Source: Heptranchias perlo
Lineage: Eukaryota
Reading direction: 5' to 3'
Assembly (NCBI RefSeq): GCF_035084215.1
Contig: NC_090346.1
Span: forward strand, 38,316,001 to 38,380,000
Length of the DNA stretch: 64,000 bases
Shown here: piece by piece, positions 37,174 through 50,010 of the stretch
Position numbering within the stretch: the first letter of the stretch is position 1
Layout of the letters: each line of letters starts with the position of its first letter
Position numbers and translations under genes: made by a program
The notes under the pieces: generated by a model
What the model saw: only the letters and a program-made list of their open reading frames with translations
Told to the model about the DNA's origin: nothing
Database searches by the model: none

Positions 37174-37942
37174 GGCCCAGAAATTGCTCGGAGCGGTGAA
37201 CCAACAGTGCTCACCACTCCGTAGATTTATACTAACCCGCTAACTTACCGCTGTCTTTACTGGGCGCACTTCCCCTGATAGGAAGCGGAGAAGAGCCCAG
37301 CGTCAGTTCAAACAAACCTAGGACTCTTGGGAGAGGCGAGAGGATCACTCTCTTCGCTCGACCAATCAGACTGCAGCATTTTTGACAAGCTGGAACGTAA
37401 AATCCAGGATGTGAAAAGTACAACACTAAAATCGTTTGTAAAAACAGTTATAGCCAGTGGAAAAAAAAAGTGGGTAAGATATAATCGCATTAAATAAAAG
37501 AGACAGAAGGAAAAAGGAAAAAAAATTAAATTTTTTAATTCATTTTTTTTAAATGACCAAAAACTATTAAAATAAGGAGTAATGAGACTCCACATTTTTA
37601 AAAGTTAATTTTTAGTTGTTTGGCAGTCATGAAGACTAACCACGCTATTAAAACTTAGTTTAGACCTGATATTTTTAAGCGTACCTGTTTTGTGGCGATA
37701 TTAGTTACTTTCCAGCTGGGCAGATGAGCAAGTTGGCGCTGGCCCATTGTTTTCACTGATTCCAGCTGGTGATATCCCTTTAATTCAAAGCTATCACGTC
37801 GTCGGCGAACCAGGAGGAGCAAGTTCCGGATTTCCGCGTGTCACTGCACATGTGCGAATGCTGGAACTTGCTCCTCGATTTCGCCACTAACAATGCTGAG
37901 CACTATTGAGCTCGCTGTTCTTTTCTAAGCAATTTCTGGGCT
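37174..37942. mobile_element. 769-bp non-autonomous Harbinger-like MITE, ATT target duplication
   Basis: GGCCCAGAAATTGCT...AGCAATTTCTGGGCT with ATT on both sides. Confidence 0.88.
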
Positions 37943-39156
37943 ATTATGAGCTCCCTCACCATTTGAGAGTGAGCATTGTGTTTGCTAGAACATAGTGTAC
38001 AGTGATTGATGTGCACCCCTAGACATGCCCCCAAAGGACTTGAACAACGTAAGGGGGCAGCAGAAGACTACATGTTCTCCACCCCCACCCTCATGCAATT
38101 TGTTGGGCATCTTAAGATGGGTGGAAACCTGGCAGGTTCTTCCCCAAATTCAAACCCCCTTCCCCTGAAATTGTTCAAAAATGACTGCAATTTCTGGGCT
38201 TTAATTTAGATACAATAAATTAGGTACCTTTGTGGTAAAACTCCCAAGACAAAAAGCAATATAAAATATGTTGCAATACTGGTGCCAAGGAGGGGCAAGT
38301 AGGAAGGCATCAGCAATGACGCAAATCAGACATTCCTCTGATTTATAGGGAGTTTCATCATGTTTTCAATCTTAAATCAATATTTTTTAATATCTATTTA
38401 TGAGGTGGCTTGTCACTTAAATCTTAGTGCTGATTTGGGTATAATCCACATCCTGCATGTATAATTGGAAATGGCATTCAACATATCTACAGGCAGATGT
38501 AAGGGGACTAGATTGCCTCAATATGTTAATATGTTTTAATTGCAAAGTCATCAGCTTTGATCTCATCAGAATTGGTTACTGATAGCGTGCTGGTTAATTA
38601 TCAGTCCATTGACTCTGGAAGATTGATAACTCATCACCCTGTTTGATTGGAGCCCTGTGGTGCTGTGATAGCCACAAGATGGTAAGACATCCCAAGGAAA
38701 ATACCCGACTATCACTGATTAGCAACGCTGCAGAATCCGGTTTCACTCACTGTACTACCTGAAAACTATTTATTCGATATATTTCCCTTTATTCGGAGAA
38801 GATTAATAATGAATTAACAGGTGGAATTCCCTGTTGGGTGAGGAGAGGATCGGGGGGGGGGGAGTTGGCTGCGATGCTCTCCATGGCCAAGTAGCCTGCC
38901 AAAACACGCTGTCCCATCTTGCACATTATACAGATGGGGTTACATTGGTTAAACCCCAAATCCGGGCGTGGGCATGGGGGTGCGCCATTAACCCATGCCC
39001 GATGGTTCCGGTGCAGGCAGCACATGAGATTCGTACTGCCTTCTCATTTACCTAATTGTACCTGATTGAATAAAGCTTGCACACTACTAAATGCCACATC
39101 CTCCAATCTGCATGCCAGACCTCACCAATGTGCCGATCTGAGTTTGTACCAGGCAT

Positions 39157-40634
39157 GTGAGAGAGCGTGCACCAAGGTTCTCTGCTGATGCTCTAGAGGT
39201 CTTGGTGCGAGAGGTGGATAGAAGGAGGGGCATCCTATATCCGCAGGGGGGCAAGAGGCCCTTGAGACATATGCTCAAGAGGCAGTGGGAGGCTGCAGGG
39301 GACGGTCAATGCCAGGTGCATAGCATCATGAACATGGATGCAGCGCAAGAAGTAGTCCAATGCTTTGACACGAGTGATCAAGGTGAGGTCAACTGTCAAG
39401 TGGCGTCTCCTACCAACTGCACCACTAGCCGCATCCACTGCTCCATGCACTACACCCCCCATCACCCACACACCAACAAACTCTTTCAATCAGTACTTAA
39501 CTCTTCCAATCAGATGCTTCCTCTCACCCTCACACATTACCACTGTTGCAAGCTGCACACCCACAACACACTGGCAGCTATTCAACCATGACATGGGGTT
39601 ATGGGGAGCGGGCAGGAAATTGGACATGAAGCTGAGCTCGGATCGGTCAATGCCCTGTGGGTGGCGGAGAGGGCCCAGGGGCTGTGTGGCCGGGTCCTGC
39701 TCCTACTTCTTGTGTTCTTTAGATTTGTGGTTGGGATCAGATCAGCCATGATCTTATTGAATGGCGGAGCAGGCTCGAGGGGCTGATTGCCCTACTCCTG
39801 CTCCTATTTCTTATGTTCTTATGTTCTTATGTTCTTATGACAAGCACATCACCCAAACATCCTGCAGGACATCCACCGACACACGTCCCACTTCCTTGAA
39901 GGAGAAGGTGGCACTAACAGGAGGCAACAAGTGGCAGTGGCATTTAGCCCTTCGAGCCTGTTCCGCCATTCAATGAGATCATGGTTGATCTGTGACCTAA
40001 CTCCATATACCTACCTTAGCCCCATTTCCCTTAATACCCTTGGTTAACAAAAATGTATCAATCTCAGATTTAAAATTAACAATTGAGCTAGCACAAACTG
40101 CCATTTGCAGAAGAGCGTTCCAAACTTCTACCAACCTTTGTGTGTAGCAGCGTTTCCTAACTTCACTCCTGCAAGTCCTGGCTCTAATTTTTAGGCTATG
40201 TCCCCGAGTCCTAGTATTCAAGAATAGGAGACCTCCAAAAACAGGTCCAAATGCATCAGCAGCCAGAAGCACTAACCCAGCAACTAACCTGTAAATCCGG
40301 CATGGTTCCTTTAAATAGCGCTGGTGAGGGTCCTCCAGACCGTCTATGACATGTTCAGCTGGTCGTGGTTAAGACAATGTGTTAGCTGGAGCGTTGACTG
40401 CCAAAATGGTATCTATCCCTTTAAAACAGCATTGCACACTGATCTAACACATATTCTCCCTACTTTACAAGGTGCCTGCATTCATTAGCTGCACCTGCGC
40501 AAACCTGTTTACCAGATGGCGTCCGGTGCATGTCACACTAGAAGCATGCGCGCTCATTCTGGATGCCATTTTGGGACCTCAGGACGCCGCATAGCGCCTA
40601 CACAACGGGCGCTACACAGCTGAATTTCTAGCCC
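39157..40634 (+). mobile_element. Decayed Harbinger derivative: Myb exon 1 and the start of exon 2, two CR1 fragments, TIR-like end
   Basis: RERAPRFSADALEVLVREVDRRRGILYP...W; exon-2-like gagaaggtggca at ~39902; CR1 pieces ~39590-39840 (+) and 39940-40215 (-); ends AATTTCTAGCCC|AGT. Confidence 0.65.
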
Positions 40635-40689
40635 AGTGCCATGCCATGTTTTACGTGGATAGTCAGCTTTTCAGAAATCAGAAAGAAGA

Positions 40690-41068
40690 AAGGCTTGCAT
40701 TTATATAGCGCCTTTCACGACCGCAGGATGTCCCAAAGTGCTTTACAGCAAATGAAGTGCTTTTGAAGTGTAGTCACAGCACTGCAAGGTCCCACAAACA
40801 GTAAGATGATACTGGCCAGATAATCTGTTTTAGTGATGTTGGTTGAGGGATAAATATTGGCCAGGACCCTGGGGAGAAGTCCCCTGCTCCTCTTCGAAAT
40901 GGTGCCATGGGATTTTTTACATCCACTTGAGAGGGCAGACAGGTCCCCGGTTTAACATCTCATCCGAAAGACAGCACCTCCGACAGTGCAGCACTCACTC
41001 CTGCACTGGAGTGTCATCCTAGATTTTGTGCTCAAGTCCCCAAAGTGGGACTTGAACCAACAACCTTC
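40690..41068 (-). mobile_element. tRNA-derived Deu-domain SINE
   Basis: Deu core gtgctgcactgtcggaggtgctgtctttcggatgagatgttaaaccg on the minus strand; B-box ggttcaagtcc. Confidence 0.78.
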
Positions 41069-43479
41069 CGGTCTGTCACAGAGGCTCCCTTCCACCGTTA
41101 GGAACTATTCACTCAATTGTTTTTTTGTGTGCGACTTAGGTTTAATATTTTAACTGGTAAAGAAATGGCATTGGGTGGTAGTCAAGCAAAATAGGATTGT
41201 GGTGTATAAGATCGGCTGTAATAACAGAGGATTATAACTGTGCTTCATATTCATTTCAGAATAAATACACAGCTGATTTTTTTAACTATGGGTTCCATTC
41301 CAGCTTACTCTGTGGATCTGTGATGTGTCTCTGTGTGAGTCACAGCACTCAGTTACATTCTATGAACAGGATTTATATTACAGGGACTTAAGTACAGCAA
41401 TAGGCTTGTTTGTGCTCTAGTGCTTTAGTTACTGTACAGTAAGCATCAATGTCAGAGCCAGAAACATCCTCAGGGAAATGTGAGGAGTGATATTAATGCT
41501 CAGTAAGCGTGGAATAGATTACAAATCCCAGCACGAGACTCAGTTGCCTGAGTTTTATTGAAATCATCATGGTATAAAATGGTTTTAGTTTTCAATACAA
41601 AAAATATCCTTTTTGACAAGGTTGAAAAGGCATTTGGTATCTTAGGCCCTGATTTTAAGGAGCCAGGGATAAGCGTGATGCTGGCCCCAGCTTGCTGACA
41701 AGAGTCTGGGCCATTTTAATTCCTGAGCCGGCGGGCTGGAGTGAGCGAGCGTGGCAAGAGGCTGCCACCAGGAACCCACAGGAACCTTTCCCGGCAAAGA
41801 TATGTCTAGAGGGGAGGCAGTTCCGGAGGCGATTACGTTGGGGGGGTGGGGGGGAGGAAGAGGGAAGCCCAGGGCAAGGGAGGCCCCAGGTTTCCTTATA
41901 GGGCCCAGGGGAATGTAACGGACCTTATCGGCCCACTCTTGAGCCTGCTCCTGCGTGGCACCAGGCTTCTCTGGCAAGGCTGGCACCGGGCTCTGCATGC
42001 CACACACGCCTCCCGAAACTGGGAGTTAAAATTATGGTCGGCGAGAATGCGGCATCAAGCCGGAGGACAGGACACTGCCTCTATTTTAGCCCATCAACAG
42101 GCCCCATTCTCTTTGACCCTTTAAAGTTTTATAAATGGGAAATATTTGATATGCACAGCAGGCTGATCAGCATGTAAAAACCAAAACGGATAGAGAGGTT
42201 AATCTGCTGGCAGAGTGACCCTTCATCACAACTTGGTTTTAAAATTGATGTTATTGATTTCCTTTATCCTCCCTGAAGATATCTGAAAATAAAAGACAAA
42301 GGTTTCTTTTTTAAAATGGTCAATTCAGCACGCCTTCAATCCAATTAAATCTCCTGCCCGGACAACCACGGAGGCAGATATGATAGCGGAGTCGATTTTA
42401 ATCCTTTCCACCAGGTGGAAGCCAGGTGGCTTTTGATAATTAGCCATAAGCAGGAATGAGCCGTAACATTAAATAACAATTTATTTTCATGAAAAATACC
42501 AACTAAAAGCAAATTTAAAAATAGTTTTATATTGTTCACTTATGATCAAAAATGACTGAACTCATTTCATTTAATGCCCTCAAGGTGAGGACACAATGAA
42601 CTTTTTTAGCTTGAGATGTGCATCAGAAAATCTACACTACTACTTAATCTTAAATAAATTTTATTCAATCTCAAATTTAGATGGTTCTCCTGATAATATC
42701 TATCAAAGGAGGGCAAGTGAGATGTTCAGACAGTGTCAGCTAGGAGCACATGGCTATGGAAGATGCTTTTCTAACAGGTGAAATCCATGTAGCTGTATGA
42801 ATCTTATGATTTCAAAACCCAAAGGTAAGACACTTAAGACAGCAGTACTATGCATATTAGAATATGACTGTGTGTGAACATGTTTCTGTGGAACTTACTA
42901 CTTTAGTGGGGAAGACTGATGTGGCTTTTCACACAGTTATAAGACAATAAAAGATTATACTTTGGCAGTAAGATAATCTTTAGTAGTAAAACTAATTCCA
43001 GGGAACTGTTGGAATTGATCTTTCCCACAGAAGAAATCTCTTTCATGTGAGCCTAAGGATTCCTTTTGGTTTATTCTTCTGCCTGAGGATGAAGTTATAA
43101 AGGTGGAGCAGAGAATCAAGAATACTAATATACACACTCACGCCTGAGACCAATGTTCTGCGCTCCAAGGACGCCTGAAAAACGTCCAATCCAAAATTGG
43201 TTGGGCCATTTCTTAGGCATCCCAGGTGGCCATACATATGTATATGAGGGGCCTAACGCCTGTTTTAGGCCTCCTGGCAGAAATTGTTTTGGGATGAATG
43301 GAGCAGGAGCTGGGCCTGCTCTGCTCAGGATTCTTCAACGGCCGCCAAAAAAAGATAAGTTTTTTTTAATGGTTCCTGTGGAGTCAGGAGCAGCAGGAGT
43401 GCTCCCATGACTCCACGGTATTCCGATTGCCTTCCCCCCTGTTGCTGCTCCAGCCCGATTCCATATCGTCCATATTACC

Positions 43480-43982
43480 AAGAGCACCTACTTCCACGTC
43501 CGTAATATCGCCCGTCTCCGCTCCTGCCTCAACCCATCTGCTGCTGAAAGCCTCATCCATGCTTTTGTTACCTCCAGACTTGACCATTCCAATGCTCTCC
43601 GGGCCACCCTCCCATCTTCCACCCTCCGTAAACTTCAGCTCATCCCAATCTCTGCTGCCCATATCCTAACTTGCACCAAGTCCCGTTCACCCATCGTCCT
43701 CTGTGTTCACTGACCTACATTGTTCATGGTCCAGCAACGTCTCGAATTTAAAAGTCTCATCCTTATATTCAAATCTCTCCATGGCTTCACCCCTCCCTAT
43801 CCCTGTAACCTCCTCCAGCCTTACAACTCTCTGGGAACTCTGCGTTCCTCCAGTTCTAGCCTCTGAGCGTCCCCGATTTCTTTTGCCCCAGCATTGGCGG
43901 CTGTGCCTTTAGCTGTCTAGGCCCTAAGTTCTGAAATTCCCTCCCTAAACATCTCCGCCTCTCTACCTCTCTCTCCTCCTTT
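43480..43982 (+). mobile_element. L2-type LINE ORF2 3' fragment
   Basis: gctgaaagcctcatccatgcttttgttacctccagacttgac (AESLIHAFVTSRLD). Confidence 0.8.
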
Positions 43983-44959
43983 GGGGACCATACTTTTATC
44001 TCTTGCCAATTTTCAGTTTACCTCCCTTCCTGAAGGTGTTGATTATTGCTGGGATACATTTCATGGCGCAGGCACCCTCCAGTAGGTTCACCCAAATGAC
44101 TATTGTTCCATGTGGGACAATGACAGTTAGCAGAATATTCTACCTCAGGGGCATCACAGCAGAATCCATTCCACAGACAATCATTTCCATTAGGAATTTC
44201 TGGATGATTTTCTCCTCACTAATTGACTGAGGAAATTATGGAACCTTGACTGCCGCCCCAGATGAGATGTGCTAACTCAGCACAGACTAGACATCAAATC
44301 TTGGACCTTCCTGATCTGTATGATTCAGCTATTCACTGAATAAAGTCACTGAGCTATTGGTTGCTTTAAGATTACCTTCTAAGATTACCTTGGATTGGAC
44401 GTTTTTCAGGCGTCCTTGGAGCGCAGAACATTGGTCTCAGGCGTGAGTGTATATATTCTCAAGATTTTATTTTGTTCCCAATTTGTGATCAGGAGCTATG
44501 GAATAACTATGCTGTCTGCTCCCAGTTCTGGACTCTGTGATTGGCAGGTCCCAGTGGTGAAGAGCAAGGATCAGTTTAAAGTGTGTCCTTTCTGATCTCA
44601 ATCTCCAGTTGTAGCTACAAGAGAAGAGTTATCATGAAAATGGATTGTATGTGGTATGCAGCTTTTATAATGGAAAAAAGTTGAAACACTTTAGGTACGT
44701 AACTTTTTGTGGATTCGACAACAGAAACGGATTTAACTACTCCTGAACGTCTCCCGTGGCTTCTGCAACACGCCATTGAAACAGAGGCAAGTTGCAGCCG
44801 AAGCTCATTTGGCCCTTTAAACCAGTGATTGACTAATCTCAATAAAAGGTGAGGTGTTGCAGCTGGGCACTCAGTTCACTCAGACAAACGTTTGGCTGGG
44901 AGTTCTTTGAGTTAAGACTGAGATTTCTTTGTTGAGGCTGAGAATTCTTGTGTTCAGAC

Positions 44960-47742
44960 AAATTTACCTACATTTTGGAGCCCCTCAATCTGACAAGATC
45001 AGGATGGGGGGGGGGGGGCAATGGATCTATTCCGCAGTACATCGGAGGAGGAGGAAAATGAAGATGGGGAACCCATCGCCAGAGCAACCGCGCACATTGC
45101 TGCCCGTGATGCCAGGGATTACTTCTCATTATGTCACATCTCATTATGAGGTTGCACCCATCACAGGACATATAGCCATGCACCAGCACTTTTTGATATT
45201 CGCACTTCAGTTGGTCCTATTAGACAGTCAAATGGGTTGTCACCTGGTGATTCACCACTCACAAGTGAGCACGAGCAGACACTGGTGGCAGGGGCAGCTG
45301 TGAAGAGTCCGCGTCGGGGGGAGCAATCCTCTCCAAGCTCTGCTCAGCTGGACATAGATGCTGAACCCCAGGGGCCATTGTCGAGAAGGAGAATGATAGA
45401 GCTGACAAGTTCTCATAATGAGATGTGCAAATTGAAGACTTTGAAATACTCAGGCCGCCTGGAACAACCACTGCCACCAACCTCCCATTTGCACAAAACA
45501 GTCCTTCAAACACGCCTACACCCATTGCACACGCACCCAATGGGTGACATCGTGTGTTGGCATTCATGATGAAGCACATGAAAGGTCAAATTCACAAAAG
45601 AGACTCAATAATGGCCAAGATGTAGCAGTGGTGGTGATAATGATTACATTTAATATGCCATAACAAAGAAAATATAAATTAACAACATGACAGCTTGTCA
45701 AACACCCTTGTACATACCCTTCGTAAATTACAATTGCTTAACCGTTCTCTTTCTACCGATTCTACGTGGTGCATCCCCTGTGGCTTCAGCAGAGGTATTG
45801 ACAGGTTGCTCAGATCCCTGCCCTGACTGCTGAGGTGCTCTCGGCCTATGACCTCTGGGTTTTGGAGCCTTTGAGGGTCCCGCCAAAGACTGCTCCACTT
45901 GCATCTGTGCAGGGGCAGACTCGGCCATCAGGAGAGGAAGCAGCATTGCGGGTACTGGTTGAGGAGGGGGCAATGGGTAAGAAGTGGGAGCGCTTTGAGT
46001 GGAGTCTCCACTTCCATTTTCCCTTTCGCCGTCATCCCTCTCTCGGGCCAGCGCAACATCATTCCCGCCACTCTGCTGGCCAGCAGGTTGGTCAGCAGAT
46101 GTGCCACGTCGCAAGACCACGGCTAAAGTATCTGCCTGCCTGTTTAAGGTGGCAGACATGTTGGCATCCAGAGTCCACACGGCCATTGTCATGGCCTGCA
46201 TGGACTCATTTGATAGCCATGCTTGAAGCTCAATGGAGGCTACTGTTCTCTCCATCGTACACACTCTCGCACTTACCTGCACCACCAATCCACTTGTAAT
46301 GGAGTTGGACTCCTCCATCCTCTCCGCTATTGTGGAAACTGTGCTTGCCATTTTTTCACTACCTTGCAAAGTTGCTGCTGCACCTCTATCATTCTCCTTC
46401 TCGACAATGGCCCCTGGGGTTCAGCATCTATGTCCAGCTGAGCAGAGCTTGGAGAGGATTGCTCCCCCCGACGTGGACTCTTCACAGCTGCCCCTGCCAC
46501 CAGTGTCTGCTCGTGCTCACTTGTGAGTGGTGAATCACCAGGTGACAACCCATTTGACTGTCTAATAGGACCAACTGAAGTGCGAATATCAAAAAGTGCT
46601 GGTGCATGGCTATATGTCCTGTGATGGGTGCACCCTCAGAAGGAATGAGCTCCTCTGAGGAATCGCTCTCTTCCATTTCTGCTGATTCCTCGTGAAGGTG
46701 TGAAGGTCCTGGAAGATAACAGAAAGCGATATTAATGATTCATCGCAAAAGTGATAAAATCAATTCATCCTGTGTGTGAAAGATGTTAAAGTTCTGTCGC
46801 CAGCCATCTACAGGTTGCCAGTCTCTCCATCTCCGATGGATAGGCATTCGACGGTCTGACTTATTTCCATGGCCTCCTCCTCCATTTCTGTCACCTCTAC
46901 TATGCGGTGGGCCACCTCCAGTTCTGCTCCTCTTCCGTGCGTTTTGTGCTCTCTTCTCCTACAAGGGGAGAAAGAACAGACCTGCGAGTGGCTGAAGGTG
47001 ATGTATCCACCTTATGAATGCATTCCTTTGGTTAATGCTGGTCATGAAAGAGATGCATCAGAGGGTGACTATCAGACAGATATATCACATTGCATCAGGT
47101 TTGGGGTGAGTGGCAGTGGTGAGTGAATAAATGAGCAGTTGAGCAAGTGCATAGAAAGTGAAGGATGGTTACTGCTGCTGACACTTAAGTGGGTGTGAGG
47201 AGTTATGTGATGGGGTTTGCGTGCTGAACAACACAGGATGTGGGTGAATCAGCAACTGTACCCACTTTTCCTGACCTGGTTAGGACATTAAAATGCTTCC
47301 TGCATTGACGCAAGACCGTGTTCCTGCTGCTCACCTCTTCTCCCACCTCCAGCCATGCATTTTTCGTTATAGAGCCAGGTTTCTTCCTGCCATCCATTGG
47401 AAACATTACCTCCCTCCTGGCTCTCAATACAGCCAGCAGTACATACAGGAAGGCATCATTAAATCTAGGGGCGGCCTTTGCTTTTCTGGATTCCATTTCT
47501 CCTTTCTCCAACAAAATCCATTCTTGGGACTGGCCCTGTAAAATAGCGGGCTTTAAATCGCATCATCCGGGTGCGCAATATGCCCGCTGCACAACTTGGA
47601 GACACGAAACCCGGAAGCATAAATAATTGCCTGCAATCAAGTTGCGATCGCAGATTTAAATGCGCACATTTGACTTGTGGGTTCCCCACGTGCAAATCCG
47701 TCCACCCGCTGAGTTCCCAGCTCCAAGTTAAAATCTAGGCCT
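44960..47742 (-). mobile_element. Harbinger internal-deletion derivative (Myb gene kept; transposase N- and C-termini fused)
   Basis: TIR-like TTAAAATCTAGGCC at ~47729-47741; + strand MGG...STSEEEENEDGEPIARATAHIAARDARD at ~45004-45120 joins the transposase start to its end; left boundary uncertain. Confidence 0.75.
45728..47496 (-). pseudogene. Harbinger Myb/SANT accessory gene, degraded
   Basis: MESRKAKAAPRFNDAFLYVLL...AWLEVGEEV...QCRKHFNVLTRSGK; exon 3 EHEQTLVAGAAV...APRRIGRKRTVKQL with frameshifts. Confidence 0.85.
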
Positions 47743-48814
47743 AGGTCGGGGATCGTTATGTTTGCATGTTGAGCTTCTGGCAGGATCTCTGTTAGAAGCA
47801 GGAAATTCTGGCAGTGCTGCAGTGAGACTGCTGCTGCAGCACCCGAGGAAGTGAAGGCCACTTGAGGGGGCATAGAGCTCCTAACATCAGAAGTACATGT
47901 TACGGTTTGATCTCGGACTTAGCCAAGGCTAACAGAGGTAGGGGTACGTGGCCTAATGGGAGGGAAGGGGGCCCTCTTCTTCCAAAAGGGGCCTCGTTGG
48001 GCCTTCCGCCGCTGCTCCAGGGATTACCGCAGCAGGTAAGGTTAGAGCAACCAGTGAGTGGAGGAGGAAAATCCAGATCAGAGATTGGATGCAGCAGTAG
48101 GCCTCATCAACCCATTTTCCTGCTCGTATCCTGCCCAACTTGGAGTGGAAGAGCAGAGGAAAATCCAGGCCATAGAAAGGTAAGGTAATGGGCATACAAT
48201 AAAACACAAAGTCATATGCAGAAGTAAAATTTCATGGCCTTGAAGCCACATGAGGTAAAATTCAGCCCATATGTGACTTTCTAAAGGTAGCCAGAGTGTA
48301 TCTTACTAATATATGAACACATATCCCTGAGACAACTTATATAAATGCAGAAGCAACATATATGATATGTGTTGAGATACACAAACCCTTCCGTTGCATT
48401 GGCAACTAGCCTCAATAGCTCAGAGACCAAACTCAACCCCCATAGATAGCAGTAGGTAATAAAATACTGTTATAAGTTGACAGAAAATTATTTAAGAACT
48501 GTCTTGTGTAGAATAATACCTGAGTAAACAATTGCTGAGACATTCTGACAACTATTGAACCAGAGAAAAAGTGTCAATATTTGTATAGACGCCTGTCTTA
48601 ACACACTGCTGCATGCTGCAGCAGTTCAACCTGACAGTGGTTTGTTTGCGAATCATTAATCTAACATTTTGATTCTTGCTTCTGCAGTGACAGTGGTGCA
48701 CTGTGTCTCCCCATCCTTCTCAACCCCTCTGCAGTCTTCTGCAGCCAACTCCAGTCATGTTGGATACAAGTCTAGAATTTCAATGTATCGAACCAATTCA
48801 ACAACAACAATTTG

Positions 48815-50010
48815 CAAAATATAGCGCCATTAACATAGAAAACGTCCCAAGCTGCTTTACAGAGGTCTATTCAGACAAGAATGGATGCCGAGCCAAAGAA
48901 GGAGATATTAGGAGGAGTAAGCAAAAGCTTGGCCAAAGAGGTGGGTTTTAAGGGAGGGTCTTAAGGGAAGAGAAGCAAGTGGAGAGGCGGAGAGGTTAGG
49001 GATGAAATTCCAGAACGTGAGGCTGGGGAACTGCAGAGATAACAGCGCGGGGGCTGGAGAGGTAAAAGTGGAACCAAGCAAGGGAAGTCCCACTGAGCTG
49101 AAAACAGATGACAGACAGTGTAGGAGGATGGTGTGCTCGACCCTTTCAAAGACTGCAGAGAGGTGGAGAAGGATGAGGAGGCATAATGCACCACTGTCAC
49201 AGTCACCGCAGAATGTAATTTGTGACTTTGCTAAGGGCCATTTAAATGCTGAGGCAGGAGCAGAAACCTGATTGGAGAGATTCAAACAGGAAGCTGTGGG
49301 AAAGATGGGCATGGATTTGAGAGGCGACAAGGTGTTTAAGGACTTTGGAGAGGAAAGGGAGGTTGGAGTTGGGGCGCATGGACAGAGGGCTCATGTGTTA
49401 CAAACTGGATAGTCAGGTGGTGAAGGATAGAATACAAGAGCCTAGTCTTCAGATGCGTCAAGCCTTTATTTACAGAGACCAACATTCACAGAGACCCACA
49501 TTACCACCACCACAACCTAGATCAGCTCTCTTATAAATGGATACGAGAGTTCCCAATTGATACGCACCACCTGAATACAATTAATACTAATTGATATAAA
49601 TCACATGATACAATTAACATCAAGGGTGGTTTTTTTTCTGGAGGGTGGTGATGACGGCAGTTTGAAACGGAGGGGAACAGTACCTGGGGAGAGGGAACCA
49701 TTTACAATGTTAGCTAGCATGGAGGCCATCAATGGAAATTTGATGGTCAGCAGGTTAGTGGGGTAAAGGGAGCAGGACAAGATAATTTCAGACAGGGCAT
49801 GAGGGGAGATGGGAGAGAAACTAGAGAAAGACGTGGGTTCATGGCTAGTGCATGCGGGGTGGCTAGGAGGGGACAGATTTGGCTTGGTGGGAAAGGAGAA
49901 GGGGGAAATGCTGCAGAGGCAAATGAATGAATTGTCTCAATTTTAGTGACAAAGAAGTCCATGAGCTCCTCGCACTTGTTGGAGGGGCAAAGGAGAGGGG
50001 TTTAAGGAGA
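48815..50010 (-). mobile_element. L2-type LINE fragments interrupted by a solo LTR
   Basis: Minus-strand LLILLHLSAVFERVEHTILL (degenerate LLDLSAAFDTVDH); L2-type tail at ~48815-48850. Confidence 0.7.
49396..49619 (-). mobile_element. Solo LTR, 224 bp
   Basis: TGTTA...TAACA termini; flanks TCATG / TCAAG (5-bp duplication, 1 mismatch); minus strand shows TATAA followed by AATAAA. Confidence 0.65.

Noticed and set aside
42955-43110. Possible minus-strand coding exon (GRRINQKESLGSHERDFFCGK...)
   Set aside because: Weak donor and no recognisable homology.
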